From: Candidatus Hydrothermarchaeota archaeon
Lineage (GTDB): Archaea > CAYFZR01
NCBI GenBank assembly: GCA_046760505.1
Contig: JBHIEG010000002.1
Span: forward strand, 43,030 to 107,029
Direction: 5' to 3'
DNA: 64,000 bases
Each line of letters opens with the position of its first letter. Position 1 is the first letter of the stretch. The translations under genes and the position numbers were made by a program. The notes beneath the pieces are model-generated. The model was not told the origin of the DNA and searched no databases. It worked only from the letters and a program-made list of their open reading frames with translations. This document shows, piece by piece, positions 31,253 to 40,062 of this stretch.

Positions 31253-31657
31253 TAGAAAAATCTTTAATCTACCAACCTTTGGCAGTTTCACAATATGATT
31301 CTCGATGGTATAAAGTTTTCCAGATATCTTTGTGTTTTGAATTAAAAATGGACCCTTTAAACGACTTTTTCCTGAAATCGGATAGCCGACTAAATAGACC
31401 TTCCCCTTAATATCCAAGACCTCCATAATCACAGGAAAATTCATATCTACCACAACAAAATCTCCTTTTTTAATATTTATCGGACTTTCTACCAGCAGAA
31501 TGTCACCACGATTTATAATCGGGCTCAGTAAATCATTTTCTTGAATATAAAAAGGTCTTTCAGTATTTAAAGCAATTACAAACGAATTAAAAATCACAAA
31601 AACAAGCAATATGCCGGATACTATAATTTTGATAAGTAACTGTAACTCTTTGCTCAT
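31235..31657 (-). CDS. Degenerate S26 signal-peptidase homologue lacking catalytic Ser/His
   Basis: Aligns with 26027-26902 (P..NRGD.L.V, I..GD..V, P..G.L) but SMVP is LLSP and IIHRV is VIMEV. Confidence 0.7.
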   Translation of the reverse strand: MSKELQLLIKIIVSGILLVFVIFNSFVIALNTERPFYIQENDLLSPIINRGDILLVESPINIKKGDFVVVDMNFPVIMEVLDIKGKVYLVGYPISGKSRLKGPFLIQNTKISGKLYTIENHIVKLPKVGRLKIFLSNLPV

Positions 31658-31811
31658 TTATACCAGCTCAGCTTTGTGGGGTTTTAATCTCTTTCTTATA
31701 GCCCAAAACCCCAAAAACGTTGCGGCTCTTTCAAGATGTGATTTCCTTAGCATGAAAAAAATTCTAAAGCGGATATAAGTATAAGATTTATCTATGGAGA
31801 TGTATCTTTTC

Positions 31812-31841
31812 AAAAATTTCGGAGGGGGCTGAGCCCCTTTT
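31812..31841 (-). terminator. GC hairpin plus T-tract after the tetraheme cytochrome gene
   Basis: Minus strand AAAAGGGGC-TCA-GCCCCCTCC then AAATTTTT, ~10 nt after the stop codon. Confidence 0.6.
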
Positions 31842-31851
31842 GTGCAAAGAA

Positions 31852-32511
31852 TTATGTCTTACTTGTTACTGTCCAACTGAACGACTGATTTGCTACGTAT
31901 CCACTACCCCAAGTCACAGTATCGGTTTGTGCATTGTATGTTATATTGAAGCCCATTTTATTAGTCCACGTGATTCCTACGGGTACTTGCGTATGACATG
32001 TTACACATCCCCTAGAAGTGTTACTCATCTGGTTCAGTGCGATCTTCGCATCAGAAGCCCAACCCATGCTACCGGTTGCGTTTCTTACCATAGGTCCGTG
32101 AGCACTAGAGTTAAGCCAGAGAACTCTGTTTGAGTAACCTGCTGCATCCCCTTTTATGTGACATCTCGCACAATCCGAATATGTTACATTGTGGCCGTGA
32201 ACACTTACAGAAGGATCGTAAGAGCCGGCATCCATGCCTTCAGTCGAATGGCACCACATGCAAGCAGTGTTGTTAATATTGCTAGCGTTCCAGTGGGGGA
32301 TTGTCCCGCTACCAGCAAAATCGGCCGAGGCAGCCTCCGTTGCCTCTGCTGAATGACAACTCCTACATTTTGGAATAACCCACGTGTGACTCCCTTGATA
32401 CCTTGCTAGGGTAGATGGTATTGCTACGAAGACTATTAGTACCAGCAGAGCAAGCAATAATGCAAATGCAGCTAACCTTCTCCTTGCCCTCCTCCTCATG
32501 TATTCCGCCAT
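31852..32511 (-). CDS. Secreted tetraheme c-type cytochrome (candidate filament subunit)
   Basis: 4 CxxCH (CRSCH, CMWCH, CARCH, CVTCH), signal peptide ending PSTLA/RYQGSH, 8 N-x-S/T sequons. Confidence 0.92.
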   Translation of the reverse strand: MAEYMRRRARRRLAAFALLLALLVLIVFVAIPSTLARYQGSHTWVIPKCRSCHSAEATEAASADFAGSGTIPHWNASNINNTACMWCHSTEGMDAGSYDPSVSVHGHNVTYSDCARCHIKGDAAGYSNRVLWLNSSAHGPMVRNATGSMGWASDAKIALNQMSNTSRGCVTCHTQVPVGITWTNKMGFNITYNAQTDTVTWGSGYVANQSFSWTVTSKT

Positions 32512-32517
32512 GTAAGT

Positions 32518-32566
32518 TTCACCTCGCTATATTATATATTAAAGCGATCCATATATATAATTTTTG
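32518..32566 (-). promoter_or_regulatory. Promoter (BRE CAAAAA, TATA TTATATAT) and SD GAGGTGA of the tetraheme cytochrome gene
   Basis: Minus strand CAAAAATTATATATATGG...TCGCT-N14-AGCGAGGTGAAACTTACATG. Confidence 0.65.
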
Positions 32567-32621
32567 ATAGATATATCTACGCATTTGCTCCAAACACCGG
32601 TGATGGACGAAATATAGGTCG

Positions 32622-33161
32622 TTAACGTCTGAATAAAGATAATTTGATGATTCTTGAAAATGCCTGCAGAGATCTAAATGCATCTCTCTTCCTTTTTTCC
32701 AGATCCGGTTTGCTTAACTTGTACTTTGTAAGAAAATTACCTTTTGCGACGGATAACTTTTCCATAAGAAGATCAGGAGTCCTTAAAAGTCCTACCCACG
32801 GAATACGTTCGACAACCTTACCTTCAATAGCCTCAAATGGTATGAAACCATCATCCATAGGAACGTTGTCTCCTTTGGTTATCACACCTCCTTCTTTTAT
32901 ATTTATGATTCTGTGGGTAACAGTAGTTTTTCCTGATTTATAAACGACTATATCTCCTACGTTAAGACTTCTCTCATCAACGTCTTTGTAAACGACGATA
33001 TCTCCCATCTTTAGTGCAGGTACCATACTCTCGCTTGAAACGTATGAAAAATCGTAGAGATAAAAGACAATGAGTGTGAGGCCAATCAGCAGTAGAACAA
33101 CTGTTAAAGGGACGTACCTTCCTATAGACTTAACCTTTCTAGATAAATACCGTCGCCGCAG
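32622..33161 (-). CDS. Signal peptidase I (S26); probable CTG start
   Basis: TM and VSSESMVP catalytic Ser lie upstream of ATG 33026; TVTHRI, TKGDN present. Confidence 0.8.
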   Translation of the reverse strand: MRRRYLSRKVKSIGRYVPLTVVLLLIGLTLIVFYLYDFSYVSSESMVPALKMGDIVVYKDVDERSLNVGDIVVYKSGKTTVTHRIINIKEGGVITKGDNVPMDDGFIPFEAIEGKVVERIPWVGLLRTPDLLMEKLSVAKGNFLTKYKLSKPDLEKRKRDAFRSLQAFSRIIKLSLFRR

Positions 33162-33164
33162 ATT

Positions 33165-33581
33165 TCATCCTCTCCATGTAAAGTTGACCTTTACATCGGT
33201 ATGGCATGCCATACAGCCTTCTGATCTAGTCAATTGGCTGTGTATGCTGTTGTTTAGAGATTTAGATTGGTTAGTTCCACTATGGCAATTCATGCATTCT
33301 GTCAGAGTTACGTTATGGCCAAATTGGTGACATTCTTTGCATTGAGTTTGATTTATTTCGGTAAAGTAATAATGAGGCCAGATAGATGATTTTGTTTTAT
33401 TTAATTCCTCAACAATGTCTACGTGACAAACAACACAGTTTGGACTAGATATCCATGTGTGGGAACCCATGTACCTCGATAGGGTTGTTGGCAAAAGCAA
33501 TAAGGCGATTAAAATGATTAATGAAAATGCTGCAAATATTTTAACCGTTTTCCTCAAGAATGATTTTCCCACATAGATCAC
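33165..33581 (-). CDS. Secreted tetraheme c-type cytochrome, short paralogue of 31852-32511
   Basis: CVVCH, CKECH, CMNCH, CMACH; PTTLS/RYMGSHTW; 6 sequons. Confidence 0.9.
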   Translation of the reverse strand: MIYVGKSFLRKTVKIFAAFSLIILIALLLLPTTLSRYMGSHTWISSPNCVVCHVDIVEELNKTKSSIWPHYYFTEINQTQCKECHQFGHNVTLTECMNCHSGTNQSKSLNNSIHSQLTRSEGCMACHTDVKVNFTWRG

Positions 33582-34201
33582 CTGAGTAGGGCTATAAAAT
33601 CATGCCAGAATGATAGATCAAAAATCTTATTTATAGCATCTCTAATCGTGGGTGATTTAATTTCATATCCAACTGGGGTCTCAGGTTTAATTTCTTCTAT
33701 TTTTTCACTTTTTCCATGACATGCATCACAAGGCTTTTTATTCTCATGTATTCCATGCAAGTCCTCACCATGACATGCTATACAGTTATTCAATGGTTTG
33801 TAAATTTCCTCTTCACCACCGTGGCATCTTACGCAATCCACACTTATGTGTATCTCATGAGGATTAGACCCGTGACACCTCCAGCACAATTCTTTATTTC
33901 CGGAATGGGCTTTTTTATAATCATGACAAGCACACCTTATTCTCTCAAAACTCTTTGGAGAGTGGCACCAGTTGCAATCATGGATAGGGTTATCCAAATG
34001 AAACCAAGAAATGCCTATGTCGTATCTCTCATGACATGTCCTACAGTAAGTATCGAAGTGATCAGGATTGAAATGGGGTATCCTCTTGGAGAAATCCAAA
34101 TTGCTATGGCAAGAAAGACAGTTCCTGCCCCTAAATTCAAGTCTTGTTAAACTTGGTGCGATCAAAAGGACCATGATGATAAGAGCTACAAGTTTTTTCA
34201 T
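33578..34201 (-). CDS. Secreted multiheme c-type cytochrome (7 CxxCH + 1 CxCH)
   Basis: CLSCH, CRTCH, CNWCH, CACH, CWRCH, CVRCH, CIACH, CDACH; signal peptide MKKLVALII; amphipathic C-tail. Confidence 0.9.
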   Translation of the reverse strand: MKKLVALIIMVLLIAPSLTRLEFRGRNCLSCHSNLDFSKRIPHFNPDHFDTYCRTCHERYDIGISWFHLDNPIHDCNWCHSPKSFERIRCACHDYKKAHSGNKELCWRCHGSNPHEIHISVDCVRCHGGEEEIYKPLNNCIACHGEDLHGIHENKKPCDACHGKSEKIEEIKPETPVGYEIKSPTIRDAINKIFDLSFWHDFIALLR

Positions 34202-34311
34202 ATAAAATAAACTATACTGAGACACGCATATATCTTACGGTGTTCTCAGTAGTTTACTGAGGCATCACCTTTTTGGTTTACAATCTCTCACTAAATATTC
34301 CAAATTAGTAT

Positions 34312-34656
34312 CTACTCTGAGATCTTTTCTTTAAATTCTCTAAGCGTATTGTTTCCCGTCTCCAACTCTTCTCTTATTATTGAAAACATTTCCATTATCA
34401 TTGCAGTTCTGCCTTCTTTGTAGTTCATCTCTACCATTTGCAAAAAATATTCGACAATGGCGATGTTTTTAACAAAAGACTCCGTAATATTTGAGTTTCT
34501 TGCCATATTCAGAAGAGAGCGGGTCATGATCAGCGTCTCTTCCAGATGGAATTCCCAGCCCTCGTCCATGTATAAAGGATCTTCTAGTTTTTTTGTAGAT
34601 TCCATTATGTTTTTAAGTGTAAGTTCCATTTTATCAATTTGGCTCTCCGAGACCAT
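34312..34656 (-). CDS. Hypothetical helical protein
   Basis: 114 aa, acidic. Confidence 0.6.
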   Translation of the reverse strand: MVSESQIDKMELTLKNIMESTKKLEDPLYMDEGWEFHLEETLIMTRSLLNMARNSNITESFVKNIAIVEYFLQMVEMNYKEGRTAMIMEMFSIIREELETGNNTLREFKEKISE

Positions 34657-34692
34657 TAGGTAAAAAAGTGATGATATTAAAAGAAAAATGTT

Positions 34693-35367
34693 TTGGTAGT
34701 GATTAGAATGCTTGAAATAATCGTAGACAAGCGGGAGATGCGATCATTTATCCCGGATCTGCTAGCAGAAAAGGGCATAGGTATTAAGGTGGAGCATCTT
34801 ACCGTAGCGGATTATATTGTCTCTGATAGAATCGCGGTGGAGAGAAAAGGTGTCTCTGATTTCCTGAATTCGTTGTTCAAAGGCAGGTTATTCGATCAAA
34901 TAAACAGATTAAAGGATGCCTATGAAAAGCCTATTTTAGTTTTGGAAGGTCATATCTCGGAGCATCTAATCGATAGAATGATAGAGCCAAATGCAGTATG
35001 GGGATGTCTAGCTAGATTACAGATAAACATGGAGGTCCCTGTTTTTCAGACTCTCAACTCAAGAGAGACCGCTGATCTCTTGGTGACGCTATGCAAAAGA
35101 GAGCAGGAAGAAAGAAACAGAGTACCTAATATTAGACCTAAACCAAAGCTGCTTACCTTGAGAGAAAAACAGACATACTTAATAACAGGACTTCCGGAGG
35201 TTGGTCCTATGCTGGCTAAAAGACTTCTCGAGGAGTTTGGCACTCCTAGGAAAGTGCTTACATCAAACGAAAAGACCTTGACTAAAGTAAAGGGAATCGG
35301 TAAAAAAACAGCCAAAAAAATAATAGAAGTCTTAGATACGCCATATAAGAGGAGACCGTATCTATGA
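34693..35367 (+). CDS. xpf: Stand-alone XPF/ERCC4 nuclease with HhH2 domain
   Basis: VDKRE, ADY, VERK..SD, GRLF.Q, GIG.K.A; no helicase domain. Confidence 0.9.
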   Translation: MVVIRMLEIIVDKREMRSFIPDLLAEKGIGIKVEHLTVADYIVSDRIAVERKGVSDFLNSLFKGRLFDQINRLKDAYEKPILVLEGHISEHLIDRMIEPNAVWGCLARLQINMEVPVFQTLNSRETADLLVTLCKREQEERNRVPNIRPKPKLLTLREKQTYLITGLPEVGPMLAKRLLEEFGTPRKVLTSNEKTLTKVKGIGKKTAKKIIEVLDTPYKRRPYL

Positions 35368-36431
35368 GAATACTTAGCGTGGACATAGGAGTGGGAACCC
35401 AGGAAATATTGTTGTACGATGAAGATACATCCATAGAAAATTGTACAAGGTTTATTCTCCCATCACCGACTAGAATCTTCGCAAATAGGGTTAGAAAAGC
35501 TACAAAAATGCGCAAAAATCTTGTCTTCTCCGGATGTACCATGGGGGGCGGACCAGTATCTAATGCGATAAATAATCATTTAAAACATGGACTGAGAGTC
35601 ATGATGACTGAAGAAAGCGCTAGAACGATTAGAGACGATATAGAACAGGTCAAATCAATGGGCATAGAAATAATAGAAGAAAATGAAGTTGAAAATTTAA
35701 AATCTAAAGGATATGAACATATATTCACATATGACTTTGATGTCTCCAGTTTTCTTTCATGGATTAGAGCATACGGCATTGATTTTGATTTTGACGTTCT
35801 AGCGATAGCAGTTCAGGATCACGGATTTACCAAAGGGATAAGGGACAGGATCAACCGTTTTTCTATTCTCAAAGAACTGATCCACAAAAATAATAGAGAT
35901 CTAAGAACTCTTGCCTGGATAGACAATGTTCCTTCCCATCTAACAAGAATGAAATCTCTGTTAGATTTCGTAAAATCTTCCATTTCTAAAAAAATTCTCT
36001 TGTTGGACACAGGTATCGCCGCGATGCTCGGAATATTATCTGATCCCTCTTGCTTTTCCGATCCTGCCATTCTTGTGAATGTAGGCAACGGACACACGAT
36101 TTGCTGTACTATAGAAGATAGACGCATCTTAGGAATGTTCGAGCATCATTCTAGATTTATTACCCCAAAAAAATTTGATTTATTGGTTAAACGTCTCTGC
36201 GAAGGTACTCTTTCAAATGAGGATGTACTAAACGACGGAGGGCATGGCGCCTTAGTTTTTGAGACTGTTGACTATGAAAAAGTGAGAATGACCTCCGTGG
36301 TAGGACCAAATAGAGAGTTACTCAGGACTTGCAATAAAGTCTCCTTAGTCTCGCCCAAGGGGGATACCATGATGTCTGGACCCTTTGGACTCGTATACGC
36401 GTGTAAATACAATTTGGGGAGAGAAACATGA
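35364..36431 (+). CDS. DUF1786 family protein
   Basis: DIG.GTQ, MGGGP, AVQDHG, NVGNGHT, FEHH, DGGHG. Confidence 0.85.
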   Translation: MRILSVDIGVGTQEILLYDEDTSIENCTRFILPSPTRIFANRVRKATKMRKNLVFSGCTMGGGPVSNAINNHLKHGLRVMMTEESARTIRDDIEQVKSMGIEIIEENEVENLKSKGYEHIFTYDFDVSSFLSWIRAYGIDFDFDVLAIAVQDHGFTKGIRDRINRFSILKELIHKNNRDLRTLAWIDNVPSHLTRMKSLLDFVKSSISKKILLLDTGIAAMLGILSDPSCFSDPAILVNVGNGHTICCTIEDRRILGMFEHHSRFITPKKFDLLVKRLCEGTLSNEDVLNDGGHGALVFETVDYEKVRMTSVVGPNRELLRTCNKVSLVSPKGDTMMSGPFGLVYACKYNLGRET

Positions 36432-37141
36432 AGGGTTATCTATTAGAACATCTTACTTGGAGAGATACGGAATCTCTCCTGCCAAATAAGGTGGTCTTAA
36501 TACCGATTGGCGCTACCGAAGAGCACGGATATCATCTTCCGCTTGGCACAGACACAACAATCGTTAGTGAAATAGCAAAGAAATTAGCGGAAGAAATAGA
36601 CGTAATTGTTGCTCCTACCATTTCCTACGGAAACTCTTTGAGTTTAATGGACTGGTCTGGAACGGTTTCTCTCGAGCCAGAAACCATCATCAAGATGTTG
36701 GAAGATACGATGATGTCTTTAATAAAACATGGAGTGAAGAAAATAATTTTCTTAAACGGTCACGGAGGAAATACTAGTGCGATAAAGATTGCTGGAAAGA
36801 GAGTTAATTCCAAGACTGGAGCAAAAATAATCCTTATAAACTGGTGGGAATTGATAGAAGAAAGGATCAAGGAGGTTTGTGAGAAAGAAGGATTGCACGC
36901 TGGAGAGGCAGAGACCTCCCTGATGCTTGCGCTGAGATCGGATTTAGTCAGGAGTAGAGATATGAAAGAAGAACAAAGAACGTTAAAAAAGATCAAGAAA
37001 ATCCATATTCTTGAGAAATTTCACATAGAAGACATACCAAGCGGTACAATAGGCGATCCTTCACTGGCAAGCGAAAAAAAAGGTAAAATACTATTGGAAA
37101 CGATAATAAAAGAAGTTAAACGTATAATAAAAGACTTTTAA
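36428..37141 (+). CDS. Creatininase-family amidohydrolase
   Basis: GATEEHGYHLPLGTD, NGHGGN, HAGE.ETS. Confidence 0.92.
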   Translation: MKGYLLEHLTWRDTESLLPNKVVLIPIGATEEHGYHLPLGTDTTIVSEIAKKLAEEIDVIVAPTISYGNSLSLMDWSGTVSLEPETIIKMLEDTMMSLIKHGVKKIIFLNGHGGNTSAIKIAGKRVNSKTGAKIILINWWELIEERIKEVCEKEGLHAGEAETSLMLALRSDLVRSRDMKEEQRTLKKIKKIHILEKFHIEDIPSGTIGDPSLASEKKGKILLETIIKEVKRIIKDF

Positions 37142-37154
37142 ATGGAGGAAGATC

Positions 37155-37436
37155 ATGAGGTACAAAGTAAGGAAAATATATTTAACCAAAGCATTTAAAA
37201 ATTTGTTGCTCGTCTACTGCTTTTTTGGTCTCTTTTTGGGTATTTTAATCGGATCGCTGGTTAAATTTACAAACATCGGATACTTTGGTAAATCTGCATA
37301 TTTTATCTCTTTGTTGGGCGGACTGATTGGAATAATTTGCGGGTTTTTATTTACTTTAGCGAGTACAATACTGCTCGCTTTTTATAACTTTGCAGCAGAT
37401 AGGGCAGTAATGTTCGAATTAGAATTAGAGGCTTAG
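37155..37436 (+). CDS. Small 2-TM membrane protein (DUF3566-like)
   Basis: SD GGAGG, two TM, YN..A near C-terminus. Confidence 0.6.
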   Translation: MRYKVRKIYLTKAFKNLLLVYCFFGLFLGILIGSLVKFTNIGYFGKSAYFISLLGGLIGIICGFLFTLASTILLAFYNFAADRAVMFELELEA

Positions 37437-39959
37437 AGTCTTTTTAAACTCAAAGAATAAGAATATCAAAGAAGATACTATTAGTATCTCAACCCAATCC
37501 GTTACTCCTATGGAGATCGTCCCGAATATTTCCTGTAAAGGAGGTAGGTACACAGCGGCAAATTGCATGAGAATAACGACAACGATAGAAACTAAGAGAT
37601 ACTTGTTTGATAATGCTCCAAGTCTAAAGAAAGACTTATCTCTAGACCTACAGTTCAAAGCATTGAATATCTGGAACATTACGAATGTAGAAAATGCTAA
37701 TGTCTGTGCTTTTTTCAGGGGAGCCCCGCTCGATATTTCCATATAGAATATTCCCAGCGTACCTAAACTCATTATTAGCGCCATTAGAATCATGTCCTTT
37801 AGAAGTTCCCTTGAGATTATCTTTTCCTTGGGATCTCTTGGAGGTCTCTTGATGATATCTGGATCTGCGGGTTCTACTCCTAAACTCTGTGCTGGAGGGC
37901 CATCCATGACTACATTTATCCAAAGTATCTGGATTGGATTTAAGATCAAATTCCCACTTATCATACCGCCCAAAATCGTAGATATTGCGCCTATGCTAGT
38001 TGATAGTTGAAAAAGAAGGAAATTCTTTATGTTGTTGTAAATAGATTTACCCTCCTCTATTGCTCTTACAATTGTCGCAAAATTATCATCGGTTAAGATA
38101 ATATCCGAAGCTTCCTTTGCTACGTCGGTACCTGTCTTGCCCATCGCTATTCCAATATCGGCCATCTTTAAGGCTGGTGCATCGTTTACTCCATCTCCGG
38201 TCATTCCTACTATGTATCCCTTCTTCTTAAGTGCCTTCACAATATCTACCTTGTGTTCTGGAAAAACCCTTGCACAAACTTCAATATTCTCTATATTCTC
38301 TAATTTATCCAAATCTATTTCATCAGAAAAAGAAATAACTGTGCCGTCATTTAATATCCCCAATTCCTTTGCTATGGTAATTGCCGTCTCTTTTGAGTCT
38401 CCCGTTAACATTATGATCTTGGCGCCTGTTTCTTTGAATTTTTTTATTGATTCCTTTGCCTCTTCTCTAGGAGGGTCATGCATCCCCACGAATCCAAGAA
38501 AGACCATTTCGCTCTCCAATTCTTCTCCGGCGGTTATATCTTTGTAGGAGAATGCAAGTACGTGCATGCCTTTTCTAGCCATCTTGGTGTGAATTTCTTG
38601 TATTTCCCGCTTTTTATCAGCAGTTAGTTCTACAATACCTTCATCCGTAAAAATATAGGAGCATAGATCAAGTATTGCTTCAGGTGCTCCCTTCGTGCAC
38701 ACCAGCTCTCTTTCGTTGTATTTATGGATTGTAGACATCCGCTTTCTCAAAGAATCAAATTCCAGCACGTTTATTCTTTTGTAAACTTTTTCAAGTTCAT
38801 CTTTTTTTATGTTGAATTTGTTGGCCAAAACTAGCAAGGCTCCCTCTATAGAGGACCCTATTACATTAATTTCACCATTAAACTCGTCTAGTTCCGCGTT
38901 ATTGCATAGAGTTGCGACTTTTAGCAAAAGAGAAAGATGCCTGTCTTCCTTTGGATTTATTATCTTTCCTTTTTTTGTAAGAGTTTCACCAACTTCTATG
39001 ATATCGTTTGTATAAATTTGTTTGACGCTCATTTCATTTTTTGTTAGGGTGCCGGTTTTATCGGTGCATATGATTGAGGCGCTTCCTAACGTTTCTACAG
39101 AAGGCAGTCTTCTCACTATGGCGTTATGCTTTGCCATTCTATTTACTCCAAGTGCCAGAGTTATCGTTGTTGCAACAGGCAATCCTTCTGGTATAGCTGC
39201 AACCGCAAGACTGATCGCTGCAGTGAACATCAAAAGTTTATCCATTCCCTGAAATACCCCGATGATAAAAACGAGTATGGATACAAGAACTGCGATTATG
39301 CTTATTTGCTTTCCCAGTTCCGCTAGTTTAATTTGCAAGGGGGTCTTTTCCTCTTCGATTTGAATTGCCTCCGCTATTTTTCCTAACTCAGTATTCTTGC
39401 CTGTGGAAATAACTTCCCCCAGCGCCCGACCGTAGGTAACGATTGTGCCCATGTAGACTGTATCTCCGGTACTCTTTGAAACTGGAACAGATTCTCCCGT
39501 GAGGATGGACTCATCTACCTCCAGAACCGCAGAATCCAATATTCTAGCATCGGCAGGTATTTTATCCCCTGTTTCTATAAGAATGATATCTCCCACAACT
39601 ACTTCTCTTACAGGGATTTTTTTTCTTCTTCCTTCTCTGATAACCTTTGCTTCCGGTATTACGATTTCTTTAAGATCCTGAATAGATTTTTCTGATCTGT
39701 ATTCTTGGGAAAACCCCAACGTACATACCAACAATACCGCAACACTTATCGCAAGAGCATCATGAATATTATTGATTAAAACAGATATTAAGGCAGATAT
39801 CAATAGGAGAACTATCAGAGGATCCTTAAATTGTCTTAAAAATATTAAGCTAGGTTTAATTCTTTTTTTCTCTTCAATTTCATTGTATCCTAATTTTTCT
39901 AATCTTCTTCTAGCCTCTTCCTCATTTAATCCCTTATAAACCCGTGTTTCCATTGACAA
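37425..39959 (-). CDS. Cation-translocating P-type ATPase, type IIA (Ca2+-ATPase-like)
   Basis: TGES, IPEGL, DKTGT, KGAPE, GDGVNDAPAL. Confidence 0.95.
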   Translation of the reverse strand: MSMETRVYKGLNEEEARRRLEKLGYNEIEEKKRIKPSLIFLRQFKDPLIVLLLISALISVLINNIHDALAISVAVLLVCTLGFSQEYRSEKSIQDLKEIVIPEAKVIREGRRKKIPVREVVVGDIILIETGDKIPADARILDSAVLEVDESILTGESVPVSKSTGDTVYMGTIVTYGRALGEVISTGKNTELGKIAEAIQIEEEKTPLQIKLAELGKQISIIAVLVSILVFIIGVFQGMDKLLMFTAAISLAVAAIPEGLPVATTITLALGVNRMAKHNAIVRRLPSVETLGSASIICTDKTGTLTKNEMSVKQIYTNDIIEVGETLTKKGKIINPKEDRHLSLLLKVATLCNNAELDEFNGEINVIGSSIEGALLVLANKFNIKKDELEKVYKRINVLEFDSLRKRMSTIHKYNERELVCTKGAPEAILDLCSYIFTDEGIVELTADKKREIQEIHTKMARKGMHVLAFSYKDITAGEELESEMVFLGFVGMHDPPREEAKESIKKFKETGAKIIMLTGDSKETAITIAKELGILNDGTVISFSDEIDLDKLENIENIEVCARVFPEHKVDIVKALKKKGYIVGMTGDGVNDAPALKMADIGIAMGKTGTDVAKEASDIILTDDNFATIVRAIEEGKSIYNNIKNFLLFQLSTSIGAISTILGGMISGNLILNPIQILWINVVMDGPPAQSLGVEPADPDIIKRPPRDPKEKIISRELLKDMILMALIMSLGTLGIFYMEISSGAPLKKAQTLAFSTFVMFQIFNALNCRSRDKSFFRLGALSNKYLLVSIVVVILMQFAAVYLPPLQEIFGTISIGVTDWVEILIVSSLIFLFFEFKKTLSL

Positions 39960-40062
39960 GAGGAGATAACCTATTTTTTATATACTTTTTGACTTATATT
40001 TTCAATATATGATCGATATAATGAGGAGCGCTACAGATCGCTGAGAAGCATGGAAGAATTTC

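Noticed and set aside
31840-32133. Cys-rich plus-strand ORF
   Set aside because: Antisense to the tetraheme cytochrome; its Cys codons mirror Thr/Ala-type triplets on the other strand
33165-33167. Selenocysteine recoding of the cytochrome TGA
   Set aside because: Not at a Cys-equivalent position and no archaeal SECIS recognised; CUG initiation is simpler
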